DNA from: Octopus vulgaris
Lineage: Eukaryota
DNA: 64,000 nucleotides
Direction: 5' to 3'
NCBI GenBank assembly: GCA_951406725.2
Contig: OX597826.1
Span: 75,950,001-76,014,000 of the forward strand
Made by a program: the position numbers and the translations under genes
Notes under the pieces: generated by a model
The model's input: the letters and a program-made list of their open reading frames with translations, nothing else
Databases searched by the model: none
Told to the model about the DNA's origin: nothing
Shown: in pieces, positions 62,981 through 64,000 of the stretch
How positions within the stretch are numbered: the first letter of the stretch is position 1
Layout of the letters: each line of letters starts with the position of its first letter

Positions 62981-63586
62981 TAAAAAAGGTTCAGAACCAC
63001 TACAATAAACACCACAAGCTATTCTAAATAAAGCAGTTCCTCTATAAATACAACAAATGCCTGTAAAAACAAAAGAGTTGCTCTCTAAAACACAACAAAC
63101 TCCTCACTCCTCATAAAATATCAAGATGCAACAAGCTTCACTCTTAAAAATCATTGAGTGACAAAGTCAATTCGATAAAGACTTCATTAAAATTTACTTT
63201 TCTGCTTTTGTTTAATTCTAATGGAAATAAAATTACCCTGGTTAATCCTTCAACTTCACCCCAGCAGCTGCCATCGCAAACAAAGTAAATACCAAATTAG
63301 TTTATTTGCTTCTTATCATCGCTGAGTCTTTTGTGCTTTTGTTTTGTTTTTGTATTTTGTATTTTTTTGTTTTTTTTTTTTGTTTTTACACTTCTTACCT
63401 TACTTAATACCTATCTGATAAAAGTAGTTCTTGACTAATCCCAGGACTGCTTCAGTTAGTAGCCTGATTAATTATACTGATTAGAACAGACAAACTAACA
63501 TACAAAAAAAAAAAAAAAAAAAGCATTAATTATGCAGCTTTAGTGAAAGGAGGCTATTTACTTGAATTAGGTCACACAACAACAAT

Positions 63587-63617
<31 letters not shown>

Positions 63618-64000
63618 GCAGTGGTTACAACCAGCCAGACATCTTTGTAACATGGAAGCTACTACTAAACTGACATCTCTGAAATCAACAAAAGGTCAGA
63701 GTTCACAGAACTGATAGGGTTCTTTCTGACTCCAGAATGAAGAGGGATCCCCTGTAGATTTTGTGTATCTTTGCCCTCATCAAGAACCCTTCAAATTAAA
63801 CAAATAATGAAAAATCAAGTGATCCCCTTTCTTTTAGTAAAAGATGGTTGATAATGGGAGGGAAAGAAAATAAAAAAAGCCAGCTGAATGGTGTGTGAGG
63901 ATCATTTATGTAGATAATACCTTTCAAATAGGCACAGAATACCATAAGGTCAGGTTGATCAATACTTTGTGATGAGAGGAATTTAACTGATGGAAACAGT

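Noticed and set aside
51100-64000. Upstream GIPC exons (PDZ, TLRLRS linker)
   Set aside because: No matching translation with splice sites was found by eye; they presumably lie beyond 64000

Overview
This is eukaryotic, AT-rich, repeat-dense DNA. The tRNA/CORE-type SINEs, CR1 and RTE LINE fragments and abundant (TA)n/(CA)n/(CAT)n tracts look like an octopus/coleoid cephalopod genome (inference). Two spliced minus-strand genes can be assembled by eye from canonical GT-AG junctions with consistent phases. (1) The 5' part of a CENP-C/Mif2-like gene has a promoter near 30.3 kb, an ATG at 26735 and an N-terminal motif 'RIRIDEDGFENFDDYF'. Nine unique exons are followed by eight homologous symmetric phase-1 exons (84-96 nt, consensus VP(S-x-VP)xDKSSPxRHKKxQPSPTAKQTLKSK), and the gene runs off the left edge after about 578 codons. 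(2) The last two exons of a GIPC PDZ-adaptor gene (GH2 domain) end at a stop at 47567. The most unusual items are the repeat-exon array with S-S-P (CDK/Polo-box-type) motifs and tandem splice acceptors, two inverted copies of the gene's own exons inside its introns, several foldbacks carrying Penelope-type minimal hammerhead ribozyme cores, an 88-bp dimeric satellite in the GIPC intron, and a 136-bp coding-like tandem repeat. Most ORFs in the supplied track are microsatellite or SINE artefacts.
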